In this document: one piece after another, positions 48,183-57,321 of the stretch
How the letters are laid out: each line of letters opens with the position of its first letter
Position numbering within the stretch: the stretch's first letter is position 1
Assembly: GCA_030266325.1 (NCBI GenBank)
Contig: JAJDHT010000001.1
Coordinates: 32,813 to 96,812, forward strand
Direction: 5' to 3'
From: Ruminococcaceae bacterium OttesenSCG-928-I18
GTDB lineage: Bacteria; Bacillota; Clostridia; Oscillospirales; Ruminococcaceae
Length of the DNA: 64,000 nucleotides
Program-made: the position numbers and the translations under genes
The notes under the pieces: model-generated
What the model was told of the DNA's origin: nothing
What the model saw: only the letters and a program-made list of their open reading frames with translations
Databases searched by the model: none

Positions 48183-49301
48183 TTACGCCTGCTCCCAGAT
48201 GGGTTCCTTGAGCACCCACTTTCCATAAGCGTTCTTTTCAAAAATCTCTCTGTTATACAGCTTGTCCACAACCGCCCAAAACTCGGTTTCCGAATAGCCG
48301 CAAAACGCGCAGAAATCCCACACACACAGAGGGTCCAGCGCGCCGTCCCTCTCCCGGATGATGGAGACGGCCTCTTCACGGCTCATCAGGCCATAGCGGA
48401 TATACCGCGCCGTGTAGTCGGTGGCGGCGGCATGGCCAAATTTCGGATACTTGAGCCAGGAGTGCACAAGATAGGCGCGTGAATCAATCTGGTCGAAATT
48501 CTCGGCGTGATGGGTGCGGTTCCACTCGTGCGTCAGGTCGTGAAACCCGCGGCTTTTAGAAAACTGGTAGTTGCGGTAGGAGTTCCAGGGAAGAAAGTAA
48601 GATAGATAAAAGGGGTCCAGTCTGTCCAGTTCTTCCTTCGCCGGGGCCTTCGTCAGGCTCAGGTCGTCTTCGTTCACTCCGTCGCCCAGCAGTTCCTCCA
48701 TAGGCATGCCCACAGCCACCCCGTTTTCAATCTGGTCTTTCGCGCTGTACGTCTCCTTGTCGGCACTCCCGCCATATTCAAAACTGACATTTTCGCCATA
48801 ACAAAGCAGGGGTGTGTTAAATTTGGCCGCCATGTGCAGTGGGAAGGTATAGATCAGGCGGTCAATATACCAGGTGGGTTTTCCGTACTTTTCGAAAAAT
48901 TTGCGCATCAGGATCTTTTGGGCGCGGATATTGGGCTTACAGGAGATCAGGGTACATCCAAACGCCTCGCTGATATTTTGAAGGTTGTGCTTTCCCGCCT
49001 CTGTCATGGGAAAGTTGTCCTCCACGGTAAACAGGATGGGGTTCATCCCCAGTTCCTCTTTCAGCACATGCACCTGGTAATGGCTGTCTTTCCCGCCCGA
49101 GCAGGCCACGGCACAGTCGTATCCGCCGGGCCCGTTCATGCCGCGGTACTTGTCGCAAAGCGCCTCCAGTTCCCTGCGGCGGGCCTCCCAGTCCACTTTT
49201 TTGCGCGCCTCGAAATGGCGGCAGGCCGTGCAGACACCCTGCTCGTCAAATTGAATGCCGGGGCGGGTGTCGGGCATGGTGCAGCGGCTACAGTATCGCA
49301 T
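48183..49301 (-). CDS. N-acetyl sugar amidotransferase (PP-loop; PseA/WbpG-like)
   Basis: N-terminal Cys4 (CSRCTMPD...CTAC) and the PP-loop ACSGGKDS, 372 aa. Confidence 0.8.
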   Translation of the reverse strand: MRYCSRCTMPDTRPGIQFDEQGVCTACRHFEARKKVDWEARRRELEALCDKYRGMNGPGGYDCAVACSGGKDSHYQVHVLKEELGMNPILFTVEDNFPMTEAGKHNLQNISEAFGCTLISCKPNIRAQKILMRKFFEKYGKPTWYIDRLIYTFPLHMAAKFNTPLLCYGENVSFEYGGSADKETYSAKDQIENGVAVGMPMEELLGDGVNEDDLSLTKAPAKEELDRLDPFYLSYFLPWNSYRNYQFSKSRGFHDLTHEWNRTHHAENFDQIDSRAYLVHSWLKYPKFGHAAATDYTARYIRYGLMSREEAVSIIRERDGALDPLCVWDFCAFCGYSETEFWAVVDKLYNREIFEKNAYGKWVLKEPIWEQA

Positions 49302-49342
49302 AAAACTCCCCTTCCTTATTGGGCTAAAACAAAATTCACGCC

Positions 49343-49516
49343 CTATTTTGCAAGCAGCGGTTTCCCATCCTTGTCCACAAGAACCGTCAACCCGCCGCCA
49401 TATCCATCCCAGACATACAGATACTGAACACCGGTTTGGCTGTCTACAATCACGCTGGTGCCCTTCAGTGCTTTCGCCTCTTTCGTCACTGTTTTAAACC
49501 GTTTTTTGTCCGCCAT
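49343..49516 (-). CDS. Small conserved hypothetical protein (DUF6440-like)
   Basis: 57 aa, below the track cutoff. MADKKRFKTVTKEAKALKGTSVIVDSQTGVQYLYVWDGYGGGLTVLVDKDGKPLLAK. AGGAGA RBS. Confidence 0.55.
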   Translation of the reverse strand: MADKKRFKTVTKEAKALKGTSVIVDSQTGVQYLYVWDGYGGGLTVLVDKDGKPLLAK

Positions 49517-49546
49517 TTCGTCTCTCCTTTTGTTTTGTCAAGTATA

Positions 49547-51013
49547 TCACTTTTTCGCCCGGGCGAGAAGGCTTTCCAGCATGGAGCGCCCGAGCCGGAA
49601 ACAACGCAGCAACTCGGCGCGGTACATCAGGCAATAGAGAAGTGCCGCCACGGCGCAAACACAGAGCTTGAGCAGAAAAGCATCATGCCAGCGTGTGGCG
49701 AACAGTGCAAGCAGAATGCTGAGCACCACGGCTGCCGTGCTTTTCGCGGGATACCGCACCGTGCGGTAGAAATACTGCCCGAACCCCGTGCGGAAAAGGT
49801 ACATGGCCAAATTGGCCACCGCCAGCGCCGCCGCCGCCCCTTCGAGGGAGAAAAAGGGGATCAGCAGAACACAGAACCCAAAATTACACAGGATCGAGAG
49901 GGCGTTGCCCAAGGTGTCGAAGATGGGTTTTTTGGCAATCGTATTGCCATAGGTGGTCGTCTCACACAGCACCGTAAAAACGGCACTCAGCATCATCAAG
50001 GGGAAGATGGGCTGCACCTCTTTATAGTTTGCCAAAATCCAGAAAATCACGTCCTCGAAGGCGACGAGCAGAGTAAAAAACACCAGTACGATAAGATTGA
50101 GGATATCGTGCACCTTTTTGATACGTTCCTGCTGGGTTTTGTAGTTGGCATACATGTAGGCCCCCCAAAAGGAGGCGAACCCCAGCTGGATGGCCGTGAC
50201 AATGTTGGACAGCTGAAAGCCGTAGGAATAAACGCCGCGCGCCTCCCCGCCAAGCGAATGGGCCACATAGGCCGCCCCCACGGTGAAATTGAGCGTGACG
50301 AGGATGGCCGTAGGCGCCACCGCAATACCATAGGGTAAGATGACCCCCAGCACACCCTTTGAAACCTCGTCCTTGCGTGGCATCAGCAGTTTACGCCGCC
50401 CCACCATACACACCAGCGCAAACCCGCCGAGGCCCACCATCGAAAAAACCACCATGGCCTCCAGCTGGTTTTCAAAAAATGCCCCGCCCAGATAAAACAC
50501 CTTGTTGAAGAAGTTCATCAAGATGGCCGTAAGCGTGTAGAGAACGATGTTTTGCTCCATGCGGTACAGCACATAAAAATACCGCGCCACCATCCAAAAG
50601 AAGGTGTTGAGAAAAACGAGCGGGATCACGTCTCTGCCAAGGAGCTGGAACTCGAACAGGCCGTGTAAAAACCCGCTCAAAAAAAGGGAACAGACCAGGG
50701 CTGCCACAAACAGGATCGAGGTGGAGAGGTAAAAGCAAAGCCGGAAAAGCCCCGCCGAAGAAAGCCTTCCCGGCGGCTCGTAACAAAACCGGATATAGCT
50801 TTGGTCCAAACCAAAAATGACGATCGTCATCAGGGTGTTGGTGGCACCCAGAAACTGGGAAATCTCCCCATAGACGGCCTGGTTCGGCACAAGGAAGTTG
50901 TTCAAAAGGACAGCCAGGCCGAACAGCGCAAAACTGACCACCGTGGAAACCGAATACTTAAACACAGAGCTCACAAAGCTCTCCGCGCTCTCATGTTTCG
51001 GCATGGCCGCCAT
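49547..51013 (-). CDS. Oligosaccharide/polysaccharide flippase (Wzx/MOP superfamily)
   Basis: 488 aa with about 12-14 TM helices. Composition is typical of polysaccharide biosynthesis/flippase proteins. Confidence 0.7.
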   Translation of the reverse strand: MAAMPKHESAESFVSSVFKYSVSTVVSFALFGLAVLLNNFLVPNQAVYGEISQFLGATNTLMTIVIFGLDQSYIRFCYEPPGRLSSAGLFRLCFYLSTSILFVAALVCSLFLSGFLHGLFEFQLLGRDVIPLVFLNTFFWMVARYFYVLYRMEQNIVLYTLTAILMNFFNKVFYLGGAFFENQLEAMVVFSMVGLGGFALVCMVGRRKLLMPRKDEVSKGVLGVILPYGIAVAPTAILVTLNFTVGAAYVAHSLGGEARGVYSYGFQLSNIVTAIQLGFASFWGAYMYANYKTQQERIKKVHDILNLIVLVFFTLLVAFEDVIFWILANYKEVQPIFPLMMLSAVFTVLCETTTYGNTIAKKPIFDTLGNALSILCNFGFCVLLIPFFSLEGAAAALAVANLAMYLFRTGFGQYFYRTVRYPAKSTAAVVLSILLALFATRWHDAFLLKLCVCAVAALLYCLMYRAELLRCFRLGRSMLESLLARAKK

Positions 51014-51052
51014 CCGCCCACCCCCCCTTCTTTTCCTCTTACGTAACCTGCC

Positions 51053-51403
51053 TCAGTCTTTTCGGTGCAAAAATTCATGGAACGCAATCAAAATGGAAAA
51101 AACCGTCACCACCGAGACGATCAACGTGGCGCTGTTCGCGGCATACTCGTTGAGGCTGTGGTCCATAATACCCAGCACCATGTAATAGATCGTCCAGATG
51201 AGCGCAATGCCCAAAACATAGTAGACCGATTTTGTCAAAAAGCGGAAAACAGATTGGAACAGGCTTCCCATCCGCTCAATCTGCTGCTGGGAGTACCGTT
51301 CTTTTCGTTTTCTCTGCCTCACGGCGCTGGTGATGCCGCCAACGAGCACCCCGGCGGTGCCGCCTACGGCCGCCGACAATAAAATGGCTTGAATGCTCTC
51401 CAT
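51053..51403 (-). CDS. Small hypothetical membrane protein
   Basis: 116 aa from the ATG after GGAGGAG, with three hydrophobic helices. The track's upstream extension overlaps the preceding gene. Confidence 0.5.
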   Translation of the reverse strand: MESIQAILLSAAVGGTAGVLVGGITSAVRQRKRKERYSQQQIERMGSLFQSVFRFLTKSVYYVLGIALIWTIYYMVLGIMDHSLNEYAANSATLIVSVVTVFSILIAFHEFLHRKD

Positions 51404-51407
51404 CGGT

Positions 51408-52751
51408 TCACTCCTCCGCCTCTCGCTCTTTGGCAATTTGCTCCACAAACGGCCTGATTTTTCGCCGCATCTCCTCGGCCTGTGTTTTGGAGATATGGGC
51501 TTTCTCCACATAGCCGTAAATGCGGCTGGCGAAACCGGCAAAACCCGGCGCGATCTTCTTCAAACGAATGGGGTCAAACCCCAGCGCATAGAAAATGTGC
51601 ACCCCAATCAGTGCAAAAAACTTGAGCCAGTTAAACTTTGGGGTATACCCATCGCCAAAGGGCAGGCCCCGGGGCGGGTTTTTATAGACGTCTTCCAGCA
51701 AATCGGCCATGCGCCGGTAGGCCGGCTCCTCCGCGTTGTCAAAGTAACCCTCGATCACCTCGGCATGTATGGGAAACGCCGCCTCTCCTCCCCCCGCGGC
51801 CCTTTCCAGTTCCTCATAGCTCGTCAGGTAGTCGGCGCCAAGGTAAATCACCGGGTCGAACTCGTGGGGGATCGGCCCGGGGCGCAGGATGTGACAGCCC
51901 TTTCCCGCAAAATAAACCTCTGCAATCGCCGTGCTCATCCAGATGCAGATGGTGTCTGCGGCGGTGATCCACTGCTTTACCCCTTCGGCAAAGAGCACAT
52001 GAAACCCTGGGTGCTTGCGCTCAAGGGCATGTAAACTTTCGCTGTTCCACTCGCTGGGGTGCCTTCGGTAGACGAGCTGTATCTCGGGATGGGCCGTGAG
52101 CAGCCGGTCAAACCAGCCCAAGGTCTCGGCCATGCTCTCGCGGTTCACCTTTGCAAACTCCGTAAAATCGGTCCCCGCCATCTCGGACAGCTCCCGCACC
52201 TCGTCCTCTTTCATCGAGGCGTATCCAAAACTGGAAATATAAAGCCAGAGCGGCTTTTCGCCGTCCAGGCCATACTCTTTGCAGAGGGTCTGTTTGTCCT
52301 TGTAGTACCCTGTAAACTCCGGCCGCAGAAAATCCATCATGACCGCGCCGGTCACCGGCGCATTACAGGACGGTACCCCGTGGGCCAATAGGCGCTCGCG
52401 CGTGCGCTCGCCCCAGCAGGTCTGCACACATTGTTTTGCATTTTCCTTAAAGTTAAACCAGTCCTCGGCCTCCTGTGTGTCGCTGAGCATCTGTTCCCAG
52501 TGCAGGTTGACCACTCTGTCAAGCTTTCCCACATTGTTGTATACGTGGCTGTTGATCCCCTCGTTGTCGTACATATTGCTGGCCACCAGGACCTTGGGTT
52601 TTTTATAGGTGAAATACTTGAGCTTTTTGCGATCCAGCAGCTGGCGGATCTCACAGGAATACCCCCGCCGCCGAAGCTCCTCGCCCAGCAGGGTAATGCT
52701 CTCATACTCCCGCACCACGTGCTCATAAAGAATCAAAAAATCCAGGGCCAT
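51408..52751 (-). CDS. Unassigned surface-carbohydrate biosynthesis protein (candidate GT-B-type transferase)
   Basis: 447 aa from the ATG after GAGAGGAA (MALDFLILYEH...). Has an RRHPSE (H-P) block and an amphipathic C-terminus. Context is a glycan locus. Confidence 0.45.
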   Translation of the reverse strand: MALDFLILYEHVVREYESITLLGEELRRRGYSCEIRQLLDRKKLKYFTYKKPKVLVASNMYDNEGINSHVYNNVGKLDRVVNLHWEQMLSDTQEAEDWFNFKENAKQCVQTCWGERTRERLLAHGVPSCNAPVTGAVMMDFLRPEFTGYYKDKQTLCKEYGLDGEKPLWLYISSFGYASMKEDEVRELSEMAGTDFTEFAKVNRESMAETLGWFDRLLTAHPEIQLVYRRHPSEWNSESLHALERKHPGFHVLFAEGVKQWITAADTICIWMSTAIAEVYFAGKGCHILRPGPIPHEFDPVIYLGADYLTSYEELERAAGGGEAAFPIHAEVIEGYFDNAEEPAYRRMADLLEDVYKNPPRGLPFGDGYTPKFNWLKFFALIGVHIFYALGFDPIRLKKIAPGFAGFASRIYGYVEKAHISKTQAEEMRRKIRPFVEQIAKEREAEE

Positions 52752-52930
52752 CGTATTCCTCTCATACCAATTGAAAGTAAGGGAATGACAAAAACTGTCG
52801 AGGATGCTTGCGTTCAAGGCAAGGCGGACGATTGAGCAATACTCTAAGCATTGCGATGGAGGACAGCGCCGCATTGGACGTAAGTAGACCGTCAGGATTG
52901 TCACGGGTCTGCTTGAAATTGGTATTCTGT

Positions 52931-53887
52931 TTATTTCAGGTCTTCGGCCAGTTGCCGTGTCCACTGGGACAGCCCGTGTTTATAGTCGAGGTGGAACCCG
53001 TCAAACCACGCTTCCTCGTCATACACGGGCCTTTCGGTCATCTCGTAGTCCAGCACACGCGCCGGGCTCTCGTTCAGCTGCTGTACCAGCGGAAGCATCT
53101 GCTCATAAATCCCATTTTGCCGCACGGCATACTCCATCACTGCGTCGTGGATAGGCGGCAACACCACGGTAAAGCGGATCCCTTTTTCCTCGCACGCCTC
53201 GATGGTTTCAAGCAAACGGTCAAACGAATTGCCCTCGCCGGTGTCAAGCCGCCAGTTTTCGGTGTAAACCGAAATCGCCTCGATATACTTCGCAATGTCC
53301 TGCCGGATCGTAACCTCTTGGCCCCCGGGCAGGGGGTTCCACTGTATATAACGGTCCTGCACAGGGTTTCTTGTCTCGTTCTCGCCCCCGCCCAGGGTTT
53401 GCCCATCCAGCCAGAGCACCAGGTTCTGCATGGCTTCCAGGTTATAGCTGAGGTTTGTCATATAGGCAAAGGGGTTATAGAGGGCCAGCTCAATAAACCC
53501 AAAACGGTCGGCCGCATAGTTGGCATTCAGCGTATAGAAGGAGAGCTCGAACACCACTTCCTCTATCTGCGGGTACCTCTCCAGCAGATAATCCAGTTCA
53601 TCCAGGTTTTCCTTCAGCGAGGCGCCCCCGAAGGCGAGATTCGAAAATTCCCGGCCGGTCACCTCATTGATCGTCCGCATGTCCGCAATATTGGCAAAAC
53701 GGGAGTCGCCTATCAGCACGCCCGTTGTGGGGTTTTCCCTGTACTCGCGAAGTTCGCCGAAGATGGCGCCTGTGGGCGTTTTCGCCCGCAAGCCAAAATA
53801 GTTGTTCGGCTCGAACGCCAGGAAGAGGCCGTAGTACAGCAAAATCGGGACCAAAAGCAAAACGGTGTTGCGGAGAAGTTTTCCCAT
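52931..53887 (-). CDS. SGNH/DltD-AlgX-like extracytoplasmic acyl-transfer partner protein
   Basis: N-terminal TM anchor, GDSR (block I) and DGFHLD (DxxH block V). Lies immediately downstream of the MBOAT gene. Confidence 0.6.
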   Translation of the reverse strand: MGKLLRNTVLLLVPILLYYGLFLAFEPNNYFGLRAKTPTGAIFGELREYRENPTTGVLIGDSRFANIADMRTINEVTGREFSNLAFGGASLKENLDELDYLLERYPQIEEVVFELSFYTLNANYAADRFGFIELALYNPFAYMTNLSYNLEAMQNLVLWLDGQTLGGGENETRNPVQDRYIQWNPLPGGQEVTIRQDIAKYIEAISVYTENWRLDTGEGNSFDRLLETIEACEEKGIRFTVVLPPIHDAVMEYAVRQNGIYEQMLPLVQQLNESPARVLDYEMTERPVYDEEAWFDGFHLDYKHGLSQWTRQLAEDLK

Positions 53888-53890
53888 AAG

Positions 53891-55438
53891 TCAAAACCCT
53901 CCGTACAGGAAATTGGTTCCGCCAAAACCCCCGCTGCCCGCGATAAAACCCGCAAAGCAGCAGAGTACCAGCACGAAGTAGAACGCCCAGCGAACCGCGG
54001 GATGCAAAAGCTTCAGCCCCTCTGCGGGGTGTTTGCCTCCCAGGCGGAAGCACTGCATCCAGTCCGCCCAAAGGGCCAGCGCCAAGCAAAACAGGCTGAA
54101 AACCAGAAACAGCGCCACCATAAACCCTTTGCCATAAAAACCCTCGGCGACGGCTTCAAAGAGATCGGTGCCGGTCTGGGTGAGCGACCATGGACGAAAC
54201 TGCCTGCCGATGGCCGAAAACGCATCGATCACGCTCCCGCTTACGTCGGGTGTGCCGATGCGGAAAAAGACGAGGCTCTCCACCCACAAGAGGAAGACGA
54301 CGGCCGTCTTGCCCGCCCGCACCAGGGCCGAGGGGTGTTTTTTCGGTTTGCCCACCCAGCGGTGCAGCAGTTCCTCCCCGATGCGGTAAAGGGCCATGAG
54401 CGCACCCCAGAAGAGAAAACAGAGGGTGTCCCCATGCCAAAGGCCAGAGACGAGAAAGACGACGGCGAGGGAGGAAAGCACCGGTGGTTTCGTCACTTTT
54501 CTTCCCAAAAACGGGATTTTTTCCGTCCACCGGCTCCAAACCAGGGGCGTGAAGATATAGTCCTGCAGCCAGGTGGACAGGGTGATGTGCCAGCGCGCCC
54601 AGAAACCCGAAAAATTGGTGGCAAAATATGGCGTGTTAAAGTTTTGCCTGAGCTTGATGCCAAAAAGGGCGGCCGCGCCGAGGGCGATGTCGGTATAGCC
54701 CGAAAAGTCGAAATAGAGCTGCAGCGCATACCCCACCGCGGCCAATGTAAGCGTCAGGCCGCTGTACGAGAGCAGGTCCCGATACACCGCGTTGACAAAA
54801 AGCGCCAAGGTATCGGCCACGGCCAGTTTTTTAAAAAACCCCACGGCCATCAGGCGCAGCCCGTCCGCCCAGCCCTGGGCACTGAAGCGGCGGGAGGTAT
54901 CCCGGAGCTGGGGCATCAGGTCCCCCGCGCGGGAGATGGGCCCCGAGGTGATCGCGGGGAAAAACCCCAGAAACAGCGCGTGACCCAACAGGCTTTTTTC
55001 CCGCGGCACATCCCCGCGGTACAGGTCAATCAGATAGCCAAGCGCCATGAATGTGTAAAAACTGATTCCAAGCGCCGCCGCCGTGACAAAATAGTCTCCG
55101 CTGTAGTCCATACCCATAGCGGCAAACAGGGGCACCAGCAAGCGCGCATACAGGCCGTTGTACTTAAAAAAGGAGAGCGCAAGCACCAGACCGGCCACCC
55201 CAAAAGCCAGCCAGCCCCGCTTGCCCCGGCGCGAAGAGGCCACATCGATGCGCCAAGCCGCAATATAGGAAAACACAGTGCCGCACAGAAGCACCGGCAG
55301 GTACTTCGGCGCGGCAAAAAAATAAAAATAATAGCTGGCAAGCAGCAGCCAAAAACGGCGAAAACCCGCCGGTAACACAAAATACGCCCCGGCCACCAGG
55401 GGCAGGAACAACAGAAAATGGACCGACTGGAAGCTCAT
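53891..55438 (-). CDS. MBOAT-family membrane O-acyltransferase (AlgI/DltB-like)
   Basis: Canonical N-terminus MSFQSVHFLLFLPLV and the conserved WHI/H region (FWARWHITLSTWL, GLWHG). Start is uncertain (TTG at 55492 is possible). Confidence 0.85.
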   Translation of the reverse strand: MSFQSVHFLLFLPLVAGAYFVLPAGFRRFWLLLASYYFYFFAAPKYLPVLLCGTVFSYIAAWRIDVASSRRGKRGWLAFGVAGLVLALSFFKYNGLYARLLVPLFAAMGMDYSGDYFVTAAALGISFYTFMALGYLIDLYRGDVPREKSLLGHALFLGFFPAITSGPISRAGDLMPQLRDTSRRFSAQGWADGLRLMAVGFFKKLAVADTLALFVNAVYRDLLSYSGLTLTLAAVGYALQLYFDFSGYTDIALGAAALFGIKLRQNFNTPYFATNFSGFWARWHITLSTWLQDYIFTPLVWSRWTEKIPFLGRKVTKPPVLSSLAVVFLVSGLWHGDTLCFLFWGALMALYRIGEELLHRWVGKPKKHPSALVRAGKTAVVFLLWVESLVFFRIGTPDVSGSVIDAFSAIGRQFRPWSLTQTGTDLFEAVAEGFYGKGFMVALFLVFSLFCLALALWADWMQCFRLGGKHPAEGLKLLHPAVRWAFYFVLVLCCFAGFIAGSGGFGGTNFLYGGF

Positions 55439-55726
55439 CCTCCAGCTTTCAAGAATAAGGGCAAAAGACATATAAAACGTTTGTCCTGTCAATTGAGTTC
55501 ATGGGGTTGCGGCCCGGACACGGTGGCGCATGTACGAAAGCGAGCTGCAAAGTGCAGACCCCGCTTTTCTGGAAAAAAACAAAGACAATGCCTCTTCCCA
55601 TAAATATACATTATATCCGGCGGGGGCCACTTTGTAAAGAATGCGCAAAACATGCGGCACACTTTTGGGCACTCTACCGGATATGCGCATCGGGTGGGGA
55701 TGGTCCCAGATCAGCCCGAGCCCTTC

Positions 55727-56170
55727 TCACTGTTCGTTATAATAGTCGAGGTTAAACTGTGGCCCCACATCCACATAGCGCGTCATCTCACAACCTTTTT
55801 CCAGCAGCTGTGTGGCCAGCTTCACCTTTGCGCGGCTGCTCCCACCGCCCGAGACGAGCCATACCTCCACCTTTTTCCCTTCGGGCAGCACCTCCACCAT
55901 GTTGTTGAGGGGCGGCGCGGGCCAGCCCGCCCACACGGGGGCCATCAGGACAATCGTCTCATATTTTGCAAGGTCCGCCATGATGGGCTTGATTTCAGCC
56001 GGCCGGCCGCGCATGGCGGACAGGCTGCCCGCCACATAGGCCTGCACTTTGCCGGGTGGCTGCACATATTCCAGCTCAAACAGATCCGCCTCGCGCCGCT
56101 TTGCCAGCGCCTGCGCCCTCTCTTTTGTCGTGCCCGTGTAAGAATAGTATAAAATGATCGTGTCCGCCAT
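55727..56170 (-). CDS. Flavodoxin-family protein
   Basis: 147 aa, ILYYSYTGTTKERA N-terminus. Confidence 0.7.
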   Translation of the reverse strand: MADTIILYYSYTGTTKERAQALAKRREADLFELEYVQPPGKVQAYVAGSLSAMRGRPAEIKPIMADLAKYETIVLMAPVWAGWPAPPLNNMVEVLPEGKKVEVWLVSGGGSSRAKVKLATQLLEKGCEMTRYVDVGPQFNLDYYNEQ

Positions 56171-56189
56171 CCTGTCCGTCCTTTCAGTG

Positions 56190-57305
56190 TTATGCCAGCA
56201 AAACCGCAAGCAGGCTGTTCTGCACCAGCATTCCACGGCTTGTCAGCGCCCAGCCGCCCGGCGTTTTTCTCGCCAGACCTTCTTTTTCAAAACGTACGAA
56301 CCACTCTTTTTGCGCCATGCTTAGACGCATTTGAAAGCGCTCTTCCCACTGCTTTTCCACTACCCCCTCCTCCAAGCGCAGCCGCAGCATGAGGTACTCT
56401 TCCCCCGTCAACTTCCCCTCGTCCAACACCCCGGCGTCCCCCGCAACAAACGCATCGGTGTCCTCGGCAAACGAAAACCGGCGGCCAAACAGGCAGGAGT
56501 GCGCAGCCGCGCCCAGGCCGAGGTAGTCCCTGCAGTCCCAGTAGAGCAGGTTGTGCCGGCTCTCCCTGCCGGGCTTTGCATAATTGGAGATCTCATATCT
56601 CGGGTAGCCCGCCTGCCGCAGGCGCTCCACCGCGTAAAGATACTGTTCCGCCGCCGCGTCTGCGCCGGGCAGGCCCTCCGGGGGCCTTTTCCCGAAAGGG
56701 GTGCCGGGCTCCACTTTCAGCAGATAGGCGGAAACATGGCTCACACCGCCCTCCACAAGCAGTTCCAGCGTTTGGTCAAACTCTCCGTGGCTGTATTCGG
56801 GCAGCGCCAACATGATATCCCCCGAGAGGTTTTCAAACCCGGCCTGCCCTGCCCTGCGCAGCGCCAAACGGGCCTCTTGCGCGCCGTGGGCACGGCCCAG
56901 CCGCTCCAAAGAGGCATCGCTGGCGCTCTGCACCCCGAAAGAAAGGCGGTTAACCCCCGCTTTCCTCCAGCCCTCCCACCTGCCCGCCAGGTTGGCCGCG
57001 GGGTTTGCCTCCAGCGTCACTTCGGCGCCGGGCATCGGGTTCACCTGCCGCAAAATCGATTCCACCTGGGAGGCGCTCAGCAAACTTGGCGTACCTCCGC
57101 CAAAATACACCGTCATCGGACGCAGCGGCTCCCCTCGGCCGGTCCGGGGCCGATAGGTTTCGAAGGCACGCAGCAGGGCATCCACATATTCCTGTGGCAC
57201 GCTGTCGAAACCGGCCTTTGTGTGGAAATCGCAATAGTGGCAGCGGCTGCGGCAGAAAGGGATGTGGAGATAGAGCCCATACTCCGTCTTTTCCCCCTCT
57301 GTCAT
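56190..57305 (-). CDS. hemW: Radical SAM heme chaperone HemW (oxygen-independent coproporphyrinogen oxidase-like)
   Basis: LYLHIPFCRSRCHYCDF (CxxxCxxC), YFGGGTPS, and a HemN_C-like C-terminus. Confidence 0.85.
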   Translation of the reverse strand: MTEGEKTEYGLYLHIPFCRSRCHYCDFHTKAGFDSVPQEYVDALLRAFETYRPRTGRGEPLRPMTVYFGGGTPSLLSASQVESILRQVNPMPGAEVTLEANPAANLAGRWEGWRKAGVNRLSFGVQSASDASLERLGRAHGAQEARLALRRAGQAGFENLSGDIMLALPEYSHGEFDQTLELLVEGGVSHVSAYLLKVEPGTPFGKRPPEGLPGADAAAEQYLYAVERLRQAGYPRYEISNYAKPGRESRHNLLYWDCRDYLGLGAAAHSCLFGRRFSFAEDTDAFVAGDAGVLDEGKLTGEEYLMLRLRLEEGVVEKQWEERFQMRLSMAQKEWFVRFEKEGLARKTPGGWALTSRGMLVQNSLLAVLLA

Positions 57306-57321
57306 GCGGGCCGGCCCGCCT

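Noticed and set aside
52808-55375. 855-aa plus-strand ORF
   Set aside because: It is antisense to the SGNH-like and MBOAT genes, has a low-complexity basic composition and no credible RBS. It is a shadow ORF.
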